The notes beneath the pieces were generated by a model, which searched no databases, was not told the origin of the DNA, and saw nothing but the letters and a program-made list of their open reading frames with translations. The position numbers and the translations under genes are program-made. Shown in pieces: positions 20,929 to 30,333 of a DNA stretch of 64,000 nucleotides. Numbering within the stretch: position 1 is the first letter of the stretch; each line of letters begins with the position of its first letter. The stretch spans positions 1-64,000 of the forward strand of contig JBDRRF010000068.1 of NCBI GenBank assembly GCA_043825875.1. The letters are read 5' to 3'. This DNA comes from Pseudomonadota bacterium (GTDB taxonomy: Bacteria; Desulfobacterota; Desulfobacteria; Desulfobacterales; RPRI01).

Positions 20929-20960
20929 GCCAAGACTCCTTCGCTTTAGATAACCGGTAT

Positions 20961-21164
20961 TTATTCTCGAACAGGAACACCTTCTTGGGAATTGCCTATG
21001 AGCCAAATTATCCCACCAATTACTGTTAAAGCCCCTCGTATAACCCAGCCTATAGTTGGCCCCCAAATATCTATCCAAGCCAAAACAATAAATTCCATAT
21101 TAAGAAAATATAGAACTATTGAACCGATACCGAAAAAGAACATTGTTCCACCAATACTTTTCAT
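20961..21164 (-). CDS. Small two-TM membrane protein
   Basis: AAGGAGG RBS; hydrophobic 67 aa. Confidence 0.7.
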   Translation of the reverse strand: MKSIGGTMFFFGIGSIVLYFLNMEFIVLAWIDIWGPTIGWVIRGALTVIGGIIWLIGNSQEGVPVRE

Positions 21165-21271
21165 TTTGCCTCCTTAGTTATAGTTAATAATACTTCAGCC
21201 AATATTAGTACTACCTCATAGATCGACAAACCTGCTTCTGCTAAATAATGCTGTCAAAAAACAAAAGTTAT

Positions 21272-22072
21272 TTATTTCAACCATGGATCAAGTTTTGCGG
21301 TGATGATTTTTAAACCTGTTTTCTTCACAAGAAACTCAATTACCTTCGCATCTCTTTCGGGAACCGGATCACGAAGCCCTTCACATGTACTCCAATATTT
21401 TAAATCTGAAAACTTAAGAACATAATGCGGACTTTTACGTATATTTCCAGCGGGAGAAATTGTGTGAGAAACATGGTAAATACTATCTACATCTGCATAG
21501 GCATATGTTTTTTCATCAAAAGCCCAGAAAGAATCAACGATTATTTTATTTTCCGTAAAGCAAGTATATGTGTCCCCGGCAAGGGAAATAGCCACACTCG
21601 CAATAATAACAATGGGCAGGGCAAGAATTTTATATATCTTCACATCATTGAAACCCATGTTCATATTTGAATACGTAAAGTATTCTTTATATCTTTTTTC
21701 ACCCAAAAAAGTATTCTTAATAAAATAATGTGTGGGAGCACCAAAAGTAGCGAAGGCCACAACTAATGCAATAAGCATCCAGAAGTATTTTGATGGCAAT
21801 ATGGCAAATAATAATCCCGGAACTTCAGATAATGAAAATTGTTCTAAGGCAATAAAGAGTCTATACCATAAGTAACTCAAAACTGAAAAAAAAATAATAA
21901 AAAGAGCACCGAAGAACAAATGCCATTTATAATACTCTTTTTTTAAATCTTCAAAAGAGCGCTTTGTATCTTCGGGGCTGTATGGAAAAAGGACTTTAAT
22001 AATAAAAAGCATAACCGCTATAGAAGTAGAAACAGCAGCCACACTAATTATAGTACTTAAACCTTTTATCAT
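21272..22072 (-). CDS. Hypothetical membrane protein
   Basis: 266 aa, about 4 TM segments, RBS. Confidence 0.65.
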   Translation of the reverse strand: MIKGLSTIISVAAVSTSIAVMLFIIKVLFPYSPEDTKRSFEDLKKEYYKWHLFFGALFIIFFSVLSYLWYRLFIALEQFSLSEVPGLLFAILPSKYFWMLIALVVAFATFGAPTHYFIKNTFLGEKRYKEYFTYSNMNMGFNDVKIYKILALPIVIIASVAISLAGDTYTCFTENKIIVDSFWAFDEKTYAYADVDSIYHVSHTISPAGNIRKSPHYVLKFSDLKYWSTCEGLRDPVPERDAKVIEFLVKKTGLKIITAKLDPWLK

Positions 22073-22281
22073 AAATAATTTTCCTTATCATTCATCTTTT
22101 TGCTTGGATAAAAATAAAACAGTATTTCTGTACTACTGCAAGATCATAATCCTGCAAATTAATAGATAAACAAGCAACGTATATTTTACGTCTGTGTCCA
22201 TTTTTATTCTTATCTGCTTTCAGCAGCAAATTATTTATATAGTTTGAATGTAGCTTCTACGGAACGAATTGCAAATCAAAT

Positions 22282-22446
22282 GAGCCAGTTTGAAAACGCC
22301 CCATTTTGGCCGATCTTAAGCGTTGGGCTCAAATTTTGCACGAAGTGAAGCATTAGCGCTATCCTCGAAATACTTAATGTATTCCTGTGGTTGAAATTTT
22401 CTCCCGCCATGAGCTTGACCAAACTGAAACGTTTTGAAAGGGGCTC
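22282..22446 (-). mobile_element. MITE-like element, copy 2 (reverse orientation, ~22-bp internal insertion)
   Basis: Reverse complement of 1-143 with extra TGCACGAAGTGAAGCATTAGCGCT segment. Confidence 0.85.
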
Positions 22447-22448
22447 AT

Positions 22449-23195
22449 TTATCTTATGCCAATTTTTTCCATGGCACTTTGAAGTTTTTGCAGTTCTTTT
22501 TTACTTTGCGCATTATCAGGATCAATTTCAAGCGCTTTTAAAAAATCTGTTTCGGCTTCTTCTAACAAATCAGAATCCTTATTTTCATAGCCATCTGCAT
22601 AGTGGACCATTCCTTTCCCATAATATGCATAAGCGCTTTCAGGATCAAAGCTTATTGATATTTCAAAATACTTTATAGCATCTTCATACTGTTTATTTTG
22701 ATAACAAGAAAGGCCTTTATTATTATACACATATATTATTCTTTTTCTGATGGCATCAATAAAATCGTAAGTTGTCATATCACCATTATTTTTGAATGGG
22801 TGTATCTTTGTGTTTTCGGAATCTTCAGTAGGGATAGATATAAAAAACGATGGATATCCGTTAACATTATACTTTTCGGCAAGGGCTTTTTCAGAGGCTC
22901 CTTTATCCGGTTCAATTTCCACCTTTGGAATGTTATTTAAAAAATTATATACTTCATATGAATCAAGATATTCTTTATTCATTTTCTTACACCATTTACA
23001 TGATTCCAAACGGAAATATACTATCAAGGGTTTTTCTTCATCTTCCGCTTCTTGAACTGCATCATCATAGCCTGATGCTCCATGATACCAATTGGAAAAG
23101 TCATCAGCTAATAAACTGTTTGGAAAAAGAAGTATAAAAGACAAGAATAACCCGAAAGCTACACAGTAATTTAATAAAACAGCGTCTTTTTTCAT
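22449..23195 (-). CDS. Exported thioredoxin-fold (CKWC) plus TPR protein
   Basis: Signal peptide, 'KPLIVYF...CKWCKKM', 'VNGYPSF', C-terminal TPRs. Confidence 0.8.
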   Translation of the reverse strand: MKKDAVLLNYCVAFGLFLSFILLFPNSLLADDFSNWYHGASGYDDAVQEAEDEEKPLIVYFRLESCKWCKKMNKEYLDSYEVYNFLNNIPKVEIEPDKGASEKALAEKYNVNGYPSFFISIPTEDSENTKIHPFKNNGDMTTYDFIDAIRKRIIYVYNNKGLSCYQNKQYEDAIKYFEISISFDPESAYAYYGKGMVHYADGYENKDSDLLEEAETDFLKALEIDPDNAQSKKELQKLQSAMEKIGIR

Positions 23196-23291
23196 TTCTC
23201 AATTTATCCTTTATTTCCAAGTTTATGTTTCAATACTTTTATACATACTCAAGTTATGATAACAGTGGCACAAAAAGATTTATTCCCTTTT

Positions 23292-23831
23292 TTACCATAT
23301 CTCAAAAGAATCTATATAGTGTTGAACAACATCCTGAGGAAATATAGCGTTTAGACCGACAGCACCTACCTGATATAACCTTCGACCTGAAAGTAAGATT
23401 ACTATATGCCCTTTTCCAAGTTTTCCTTTTACCGTATATTGAATTTCTCTTGCTGGATCTTCTCCATAGCTTATCTCTTCCTCGTTAATTAATTTGACAT
23501 CTGCTTTATTCAACATACCATCTCTTGCACCATCTAAAATTGCCTCTGGATCAGAGTTATCTATCACCTCATCTGGATAATCAACATAAGCCATAATATA
23601 CGCAATATTAGGTTTGTCTATAACAAAGGTTTTCATTTCAAGAATACCAATAGGAGTGTTTAATGTTTGATTTTGTTGTTCAGGCTTAGAAGGAACCATT
23701 ATTGAAAATCTTCCCTCGTCTGATTTGAATTTTTGCATTGAACCTATATTGTCACAACCAGAAATTATGAAACATAATACGAGAACCAGAAATGTAATTG
23801 ATGATCTAAGGGCAGCATTAGCTAATTTCAT
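23292..23831 (-). CDS. Hypothetical lipoprotein
   Basis: Lipobox ISGC, GGAGG RBS. Confidence 0.7.
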   Translation of the reverse strand: MKLANAALRSSITFLVLVLCFIISGCDNIGSMQKFKSDEGRFSIMVPSKPEQQNQTLNTPIGILEMKTFVIDKPNIAYIMAYVDYPDEVIDNSDPEAILDGARDGMLNKADVKLINEEEISYGEDPAREIQYTVKGKLGKGHIVILLSGRRLYQVGAVGLNAIFPQDVVQHYIDSFEIW

Positions 23832-23918
23832 TTATCCTCCTCTTGATAAGTATTATTTGATAAGTATTGTTGTGAACCTGATAAAATGCCTTATTATGCT
23901 TATTTTACAAGTAACTAC

Positions 23919-24125
23919 TTATTTCATTACTCCGGATATATTTGCAATTATTTCAGATGCAGCGCCGCTTCTCCAAAAATATAAACCTGCCCCAAGTACT
24001 ATTAACGCTATAATGTAAAATAAACGATTCTCACCAATACTTGCGGTAAACACTTTTTTTAAATAATAGATCATTAGCAATACTACTATTGCAGTAATTA
24101 TATTAACAGTATTAATATATTCCAT
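23919..24125 (-). CDS. Small membrane protein
   Basis: Two TM segments, AAGGAG RBS. Confidence 0.55.
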   Translation of the reverse strand: MEYINTVNIITAIVVLLMIYYLKKVFTASIGENRLFYIIALIVLGAGLYFWRSGAASEIIANISGVMK

Positions 24126-24240
24126 ACATAGCTCCTTGTTATGAAAAACTGCTTTTATTTAGAAATTGAGCATTCATGCTATTACTGATATTTAATCAAG
24201 ATTCATTGACTTTTTCGACAGCTCCGTTATCGGATTTACC

Positions 24241-24675
24241 TTATGGCTTTTGGAGATGAATAATCTCTCTTGCTATGCCTAACTCTGACAATCGAATTTT
24301 ATTTCTGGTCTCACCAAGATCTGCGGGCATAATTCTAATTAACTTGCCATTTTTAAATTGTACATAATAACACGAATAATCCCTTTGTTCAGCTTTTGGA
24401 ATAGGCAGCTCAGGAAAAATATCGGAAATAATAGATTGTGACTTCGACATATTTGAGTACGCAGATTTATTCAGTTGTAATTTTGATGAGAAAGATTCGA
24501 ATGAGGTGCCAACTGGAAATATCTTATAAAGGTTTGCCCACAATTCATATTCAGACATTCGTGAGCGGTGATACATATTTCGGCTTTTGAAACGAATATA
24601 TTGCATTCCGAAATATCCGGTTGAGATTGCAAAAATAAGAGTTAATGAAATAAGAATTATAAATTTTTTATTCAT
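24241..24675 (-). CDS. Hypothetical protein with N-terminal TM/signal
   Basis: 144-aa ORF. Confidence 0.6.
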   Translation of the reverse strand: MNKKFIILISLTLIFAISTGYFGMQYIRFKSRNMYHRSRMSEYELWANLYKIFPVGTSFESFSSKLQLNKSAYSNMSKSQSIISDIFPELPIPKAEQRDYSCYYVQFKNGKLIRIMPADLGETRNKIRLSELGIAREIIHLQKP

Positions 24676-24943
24676 TATTCTCAGTTCTCATATAAAAAGT
24701 TATTGAGCAGTACTGTATATCTTTCCCACCAAAGGGTGATGGTCAAAAAGAATAGTTAATCTAAGAATTCCTTCTAATATCATAATAAATATTAAAATTC
24801 AATATATATAGAAAGATGCTGGTTTGTTATAATTTGGGATTCATATAAAGATAGGCAACAGGGCAAGTGCGGACATGCCCCGGCCAAATGGGAGTAGAAG
24901 AATTATTTTATGGTAATAAGCAAGAAGTTTTTTGGAGCCAAAG

Positions 24944-26269
24944 TCAAAAAAGTTTATTCAAAACCTGGCCTGTTATAACCTTTGGATAGAAATATGTTGA
25001 TTTTCTCGGCATAATCAGGCCTTCCCCGGCAATTCTTTGTACCTGTTCTATCTTTGTGGGATTTAATATAAAAGCAATATCGTATTTGCCGGAAATTGTT
25101 TTTTCCATTGCTTCTTTATCGGAGCTTGAATAAGAAATAAGATTTTCATTATCTAAACCTGCTTGATCAAATCCGAGTACTTCGGTAAGAATAAGCCTTG
25201 TAAGTACTGTTACATCAAGATCCATAAGAGATTCGGATAATTCATCTCCAAACAATTTCTTCATAATGCCCGTTTTAGTAGAGAGAATGTAAAAATCATT
25301 ACTGCTTTTCAGAAGTACTCCGATTTTATTTTTTGACTCTTCCGATCTTAGTGATGAGATAAATTGATCTTTTGCTTTTTTAATATCATTGGTGTCGGCT
25401 GCAATTGTTGTAATATCAAAATACTCCGAGGCCTTTTGCACAAAGCCGGAAAGGGTTTTAGCATCTACGCCGCTTAACAAACGATGAGCCGGCAGTATAA
25501 TCATTCCGGGATCTTCCATACTACAGATAAACATCATTATAAAATTGGCAGGATGTGTTGGTGAGAACTCAGGATTGTTTTTTGATACCCACTCTCTGTA
25601 GTTTAAAGCAGTTTCATACCTGTGGTGTCCATCGGCAATATAAAGAATTTTATCTTTAAATGCAGATGCAATGCTTTCTTGTATATTTGCATCCTCTATC
25701 TTCCAAAGCCTTTGACGGTGACCTTTGCCATCTGTGAAATCAAAATCAGCAGAGCTTTCGGAAGCTTTCTTTTCTATAATATTAAGGGCGTCAATTTTAC
25801 CTGAATACAGGGAAAAAATCGGGCTGAAATTGGCATGGCAGGCTTTCATAAGTTTTAGTCGTTCCGACTTGGTCTTTGAATAAGTTTTCTCGTGAGGAAG
25901 GATAATTCCCTTTTCGAAAGGCTCAAGACCTACTATGGCTGTAAGACCAAAACGCCTGAAAATTTTGCCTTCAACCGTAAAATCAACAGCCGTCAGATAA
26001 TAAGCAGGACTTTTATCTGTAATAAGAATTTCTTCTAAAAGCCAATTGTTAAAAAAAGCCGCTGCCCTTGTATAGCGGCTATTTTCTTCATTATCTTCCT
26101 TTGTTTCAGTGCCCAGAATAAGGCGTATTATGTTTTGAGGATGTTTGTTATAAAAATTTATCTGTTCTTCTTTAGAAATAACATCATACGGAGGTGTTGT
26201 AACATCTGCCAAATCGCCGATCTTTTCCGGGTTATAAAGAATCCCATTGAAAGGGATTACATTTGCCAT
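24944..26269 (-). CDS. DUF1015 family protein
   Basis: 'PPYDVIS', 'LPHEKT', 'YIADGHHRYET', 'MPRKSTYFYPK'. Confidence 0.9.
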   Translation of the reverse strand: MANVIPFNGILYNPEKIGDLADVTTPPYDVISKEEQINFYNKHPQNIIRLILGTETKEDNEENSRYTRAAAFFNNWLLEEILITDKSPAYYLTAVDFTVEGKIFRRFGLTAIVGLEPFEKGIILPHEKTYSKTKSERLKLMKACHANFSPIFSLYSGKIDALNIIEKKASESSADFDFTDGKGHRQRLWKIEDANIQESIASAFKDKILYIADGHHRYETALNYREWVSKNNPEFSPTHPANFIMMFICSMEDPGMIILPAHRLLSGVDAKTLSGFVQKASEYFDITTIAADTNDIKKAKDQFISSLRSEESKNKIGVLLKSSNDFYILSTKTGIMKKLFGDELSESLMDLDVTVLTRLILTEVLGFDQAGLDNENLISYSSSDKEAMEKTISGKYDIAFILNPTKIEQVQRIAGEGLIMPRKSTYFYPKVITGQVLNKLF

Positions 26270-26389
26270 TTTTATTTTTCCTTCCCTGTTGATTGATAAA
26301 AGAATTTACGAAACTGATACTAGAAAGAATCTGACTGTTCAAGCAAAAGATTCTCAAAATATGCCGTTAAGATAAAAAAGAGGGTTATT

Positions 26390-26531
26390 GAGCCACTTTC
26401 AAAGCGTTTCAGTTTGGTCAAGCTCAAGGCGGGAGAAAATTTCAACCACAGGAATACATTGAGTATTTCGAGGATTGAAATTTGAGCCCAACGCAGAGAT
26501 CGGCCAAACTGGGGCGTTTTGAAACTGGCTC
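26390..26531 (+). mobile_element. MITE-like element, copy 3, with 4-bp TATT target duplication
   Basis: Same TIRs; TATT at 26386-26389 and 26532-26535. Confidence 0.88.
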
Positions 26532-27130
26532 TATTTTCTGATAATTAACCATATGCCCCCTTGTTCTGCAATTTTGCATTTGCTTGTTAATCCCGAGTCT
26601 TTTACAATCTTTTCAAGTTCTTTTATACTGATCCTTCGTCTTCCCAAATTATCATTTAATCTGCGGGATTCATCAGCAATTTCGTCTATGAGTTTTTGCG
26701 GGGTGTCTTTGCCGAATCCACCGCCCACAAAGGCCATACCTCCGGGTTTTAAAATGCGAAATATTTCACCAAGAAAGTTATTCTTTTCATTTAAGAAAAA
26801 AAAGGCTCCTCTTAATATTACCAAATCAAATTGAGCATCATCAAAATCAAGGTGATTAAACTCCGTTTGCTTAAAGTTTATTTTATGGCAGCTGCCGGAA
26901 TTTGAAATCTCCTGTTCTAAATATTCCAGCACTTCCTTTGAATTATCTGAAAATGTTATATTAAATTCAGGGTATAATTTTAATAGCTCAACCGAAATAC
27001 CACCTGAAAAAGGGCCGAGTTCCAAAACTTTTCCACTGTTTTTCAGGTAGCTTTCCATTAGTTGTGATACAAGGTATGGATATATATTAATCCAAAGGTC
27101 ATTTACCTGCTTAAGTTCATTAATATCCAT
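26531..27130 (-). CDS. Class I SAM-dependent methyltransferase
   Basis: 'VLELGPFSG', 'FDLVILRGA', 'RILKPGG'. Confidence 0.85.
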   Translation of the reverse strand: MDINELKQVNDLWINIYPYLVSQLMESYLKNSGKVLELGPFSGGISVELLKLYPEFNITFSDNSKEVLEYLEQEISNSGSCHKINFKQTEFNHLDFDDAQFDLVILRGAFFFLNEKNNFLGEIFRILKPGGMAFVGGGFGKDTPQKLIDEIADESRRLNDNLGRRRISIKELEKIVKDSGLTSKCKIAEQGGIWLIIRK

Positions 27131-27301
27131 ATGAAATATATATGTAAATTAGTATATTATGTCAATAAGAAACCGGTTCCGGAGTCCGAGGATACGATTC
27201 CCATATATAATTATAAAATTACTGCAATTTTATAATTTCTTGTTGATAAATCTAACTAACTGCTATAATTTAATTTTGAGTACATGCCCAGTTAGAGAGC
27301 G

Positions 27302-27397
27302 ATGAGAATTGAACATTTCGAAGGCATTAAGGCCTGGCAACCGGCTTATGAATTTACTCAAAACGTTTACCCATATGACTCCGGTATTTGTATATGA
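27302..27397 (+). pseudogene. Truncated four-helix-bundle (23S IVP-like) gene remnant
   Basis: 'MRIEHFEGIKAWQPAYEFTQNVY' resembles the family N-terminus (F.D...WQ.A..L...VY). Confidence 0.55.
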
Positions 27398-27403
27398 AGC
27401 AAT

Positions 27404-27455
27404 CAACTGTGAACCGTGAACCTTGAACTGTGAACCTTGAACCCAATAACCTGAA
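27404..27455 (+). repeat. Heptamer tandem repeat (TGAACCG/TGAACCT/TGAACTG)
   Basis: About 6 degenerate 7-bp units. Confidence 0.75.
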
Positions 27456-27463
27456 TCATAACT

Positions 27464-28894
27464 ATGTATAATTATTTTTCATTTTTTTCAACAATCGGGT
27501 GGCAGGATGTAGTTGATATTATATTAAACAGCTACATCCTGTTCAGATTCTATATCCTTTTTCGAGGAACAAATGTTTTTCGGGTTCTTATAGTAATAGC
27601 CTTTCTCTGGTTTTTCCAGAGGATAGCTTTTTCTTTAGAGCTTATAATAACAAGTTGGGCTCTGCAGGGCATTACAGCTGTTGCGGCACTTATTATTATA
27701 GTTGTTTTTAGAAATGAAATCAGAACTGTATTGCAGGCAAAAAATTTAAAGTCATTTTTATGGGGTTTTCCACAAAAAACATCTATAACACCTGTTGAAA
27801 TAATTTCAGAAAGCGTTTTTGAACTGGCTAATAAACGTATAGGAGCACTTCTGGTATTTCCTGCAAAAGACGATCTGGAAGAATATGTAAAAGGCGGTTT
27901 ACCATGGCGCGGGGTTATTTCTAAAGAAATGATAATGAGCATTTTCTGGCCCAGCAACCCTGTGCATGATGGTGCTGCAATACTCAGAAAAGATAGAGTT
28001 GTAGAAGTATCCTGTATTCTCCCTCTTTCACACAAAAATAATCTTCCTTCACATTATGGAACAAGGCACAGAGCAGCGCTTGGACTGGCTGAAGCTACCG
28101 ACGCAATGGTTATAGCCGTTTCCGAAGAAAGGGGCACGGTTTCCGTAGCTAAAGATTCCGGAATACATCGCGTTAATCGAAAAAAGGATCTTGAACGTAT
28201 GCTTATGGAGCATATGGGCAACGCTCCAAAACCTGATAATGATAAGCGCAAGGAAAAACTTGAAATATTCTTTGCCGCTCTTGTTTCATTTCTTTTTATT
28301 GTGGGAGTGTGGTTTAGTTTCTCAAGAGGTTTGGAAGCCCTTATTAATGTTGAAGTGCCTGTTGAATATATGAATCGCGATTCAGAATTGGAAATTATGG
28401 ATACATCGTCAAATTCTGTTATTCTCAACATGGGGGGGTCGGATTCTCTGATTAAATCAATCCGGCCTGAACAATTAAAAGTCAGAATAGATCTGGCAAA
28501 AGCAGCTGCCGGAAAAAGCTCTTACCTGTTAACAGATAAAAACGTAACTCTTCCGCCTGGAATAGTACTGAAAAAAATTAATCCATCAGCCATTAAAGTT
28601 ACACTCGGAGCTTCTGAAATAAAAGAATTACCGGTAAAGGTTGTCTGGGCAGGAAAACTCCCGAGTAACTTAATGCTTGATAATGTCAAAATTATTCCGG
28701 ACAAAGTCAAGGTGGTAGGTGTGAAGCGTATTCTGGATGGGATTAAAACTGCAAATACTTATAAGGTTTATCTTAACAATATTAATGAATCAGGAGCAAC
28801 TACCGTTAAACTTGCTCTTAGTCCACCCTCTCTAAAAATTGCGCCAGGCTCAAATGATATGGTTACCGTGGAATATACAGTCAAAACAAAATAA
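27464..28894 (+). CDS. Diadenylate cyclase (CdaA/DacA-type) fused to YbbR/CdaR-like domains
   Basis: 3 N-terminal TMs, HDGA and GTRHRAA motifs, extra TM, YbbR-like beta repeats. Confidence 0.88.
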   Translation: MYNYFSFFSTIGWQDVVDIILNSYILFRFYILFRGTNVFRVLIVIAFLWFFQRIAFSLELIITSWALQGITAVAALIIIVVFRNEIRTVLQAKNLKSFLWGFPQKTSITPVEIISESVFELANKRIGALLVFPAKDDLEEYVKGGLPWRGVISKEMIMSIFWPSNPVHDGAAILRKDRVVEVSCILPLSHKNNLPSHYGTRHRAALGLAEATDAMVIAVSEERGTVSVAKDSGIHRVNRKKDLERMLMEHMGNAPKPDNDKRKEKLEIFFAALVSFLFIVGVWFSFSRGLEALINVEVPVEYMNRDSELEIMDTSSNSVILNMGGSDSLIKSIRPEQLKVRIDLAKAAAGKSSYLLTDKNVTLPPGIVLKKINPSAIKVTLGASEIKELPVKVVWAGKLPSNLMLDNVKIIPDKVKVVGVKRILDGIKTANTYKVYLNNINESGATTVKLALSPPSLKIAPGSNDMVTVEYTVKTK

Positions 28895-28900
28895 AATATA

Positions 28901-30289
28901 TCAAAATGTTATATTGTTATCAATAACCGAATTTCTTTCCACTACTACAGGTGTATTACTTGTATTGTTTATTGATACATTACCAGTAATTTTTACATCT
29001 TTTTCAAAAAACACATCCCCAGCTATTGACAAAGATTCACATTCTACCAAAGAAGGTATTCCTTCTTTAAACCTTTCATCAAATTGATCTATTTTGCCAT
29101 AATACCTGGAATCAAGGTTTATTCGAATTTCAGGAAGTTTTCTTTCAGGGTTATAAACCAGTTTTTCATCTCTGATAATATAGCAATCAGATCGTACAGC
29201 AAGAAGATCGTTGCATTTTTTAACAGGAAAGAATCTCGTTCTTGGAACCCTTACAGCAGTTGCTCCGTCAAAAAGAGAAATTGCAGAACCCATGGCAGTT
29301 TCTATCTGATATACTTCAGGACTAGTCTCGTCTCTTGGATCTAAATATTTCGGGTTCAAGATTAGCGGAAGATAAACAAATCCTTTTTCTTTAATAAGTT
29401 CTTTCAAATAGACTATGTTTATCCAGATATTGTTTGTATTAAAAAAGCTGTAACAACTTATGTCTTTAAAAGCATCCAGCTCACTATCAGTACATTGTGC
29501 CGCCTCGCGTAAAATAATATGACCGTTTGTATGTCTTGCGATGTGCCCGCCTTTTAAATCAGATTGTGTTCTGTCTGAAACTTCCATTAAAAAAGGAAAA
29601 TTGTTTTGAGCAAAATACCCTAAAAGCGCCTCATCTACTGTAGCTCCCAGATTGTCCGAATTTGAGATAAAAGCATATTTTATTCCTTCGGAGATAAGCT
29701 TATCAAGCACTCCTGAAGTATGAAGAGCGGCATAAATATCACCATGACCGGGCGGGTTCCATTCCATGTTGGCGTTTTCCGGCCAAACCGCAGGGCCAAA
29801 GCTATTGCGAAGTATTTTTGGGTACTTATGCTGAAGGAACATAATGGGGAAGGCAGGCAGATCCATTTTCTGTAAAGCATCAGATGTATCTTTGTCGGTT
29901 CCGAAACTGTTCATGAAAACAAGTTTTATATTACTTATTTCAGATTGTTGTACTATTATGTCAAGGAATGTTTTTCCTTCTCTTACTTTAATAAGTGATT
30001 TAGCCTTGCTTAAACCCATACTCGTTCCAAGACCGCCGTTTAATACTATCCTGACAGTATTCTTTATCGCTTTTTCCCCTGAAACCGAATATCCGGACAA
30101 ATCATCTGAATAAACGATTTCATTTTCCCTCATACATTCGATATCTTTGTCATATATTATACCTGTTTCACCATTTATAACTTTATGGTAATAATACAAA
30201 AAGCTATCAATAACCATCTGGGGTTGTTTTTCATTTTTTAATTTTTCGATAAAAGATGCGATATGGTTTTGTGTATCAGGAATTTTCAC
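28901..30289 (-). CDS. UTP--glucose-1-phosphate uridylyltransferase, eukaryotic-type UDPGP family
   Basis: LNGGLGTSMG, WNPPGHGD, SNSDNLGA, FNTNNIW, RFFPVK. Confidence 0.9.
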   Translation of the reverse strand: MKIPDTQNHIASFIEKLKNEKQPQMVIDSFLYYYHKVINGETGIIYDKDIECMRENEIVYSDDLSGYSVSGEKAIKNTVRIVLNGGLGTSMGLSKAKSLIKVREGKTFLDIIVQQSEISNIKLVFMNSFGTDKDTSDALQKMDLPAFPIMFLQHKYPKILRNSFGPAVWPENANMEWNPPGHGDIYAALHTSGVLDKLISEGIKYAFISNSDNLGATVDEALLGYFAQNNFPFLMEVSDRTQSDLKGGHIARHTNGHIILREAAQCTDSELDAFKDISCYSFFNTNNIWINIVYLKELIKEKGFVYLPLILNPKYLDPRDETSPEVYQIETAMGSAISLFDGATAVRVPRTRFFPVKKCNDLLAVRSDCYIIRDEKLVYNPERKLPEIRINLDSRYYGKIDQFDERFKEGIPSLVECESLSIAGDVFFEKDVKITGNVSINNTSNTPVVVERNSVIDNNITF

Positions 30290-30333
30290 CTATATTCTCC
30301 GTAAGTTTCTATAGGTTATACTTGTTAGGAACT

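Noticed and set aside
22391..22678. 95-aa ORF, as an example of the short antisense/overlapping ORFs in the track
   Set aside because: It starts within the MITE and shadows a real gene; such ORFs show no motifs.
16869..24675. CALIN (attC array without integrase)
   Set aside because: Genes are co-oriented, but I found no complete attC hairpins between them; only one R''-like motif near 24230.
27140..27170. dif-like site (TTATGTCAAT)
   Set aside because: No convincing XerC arm; better explained as a minus-strand TTGACA-17-TATATA promoter.
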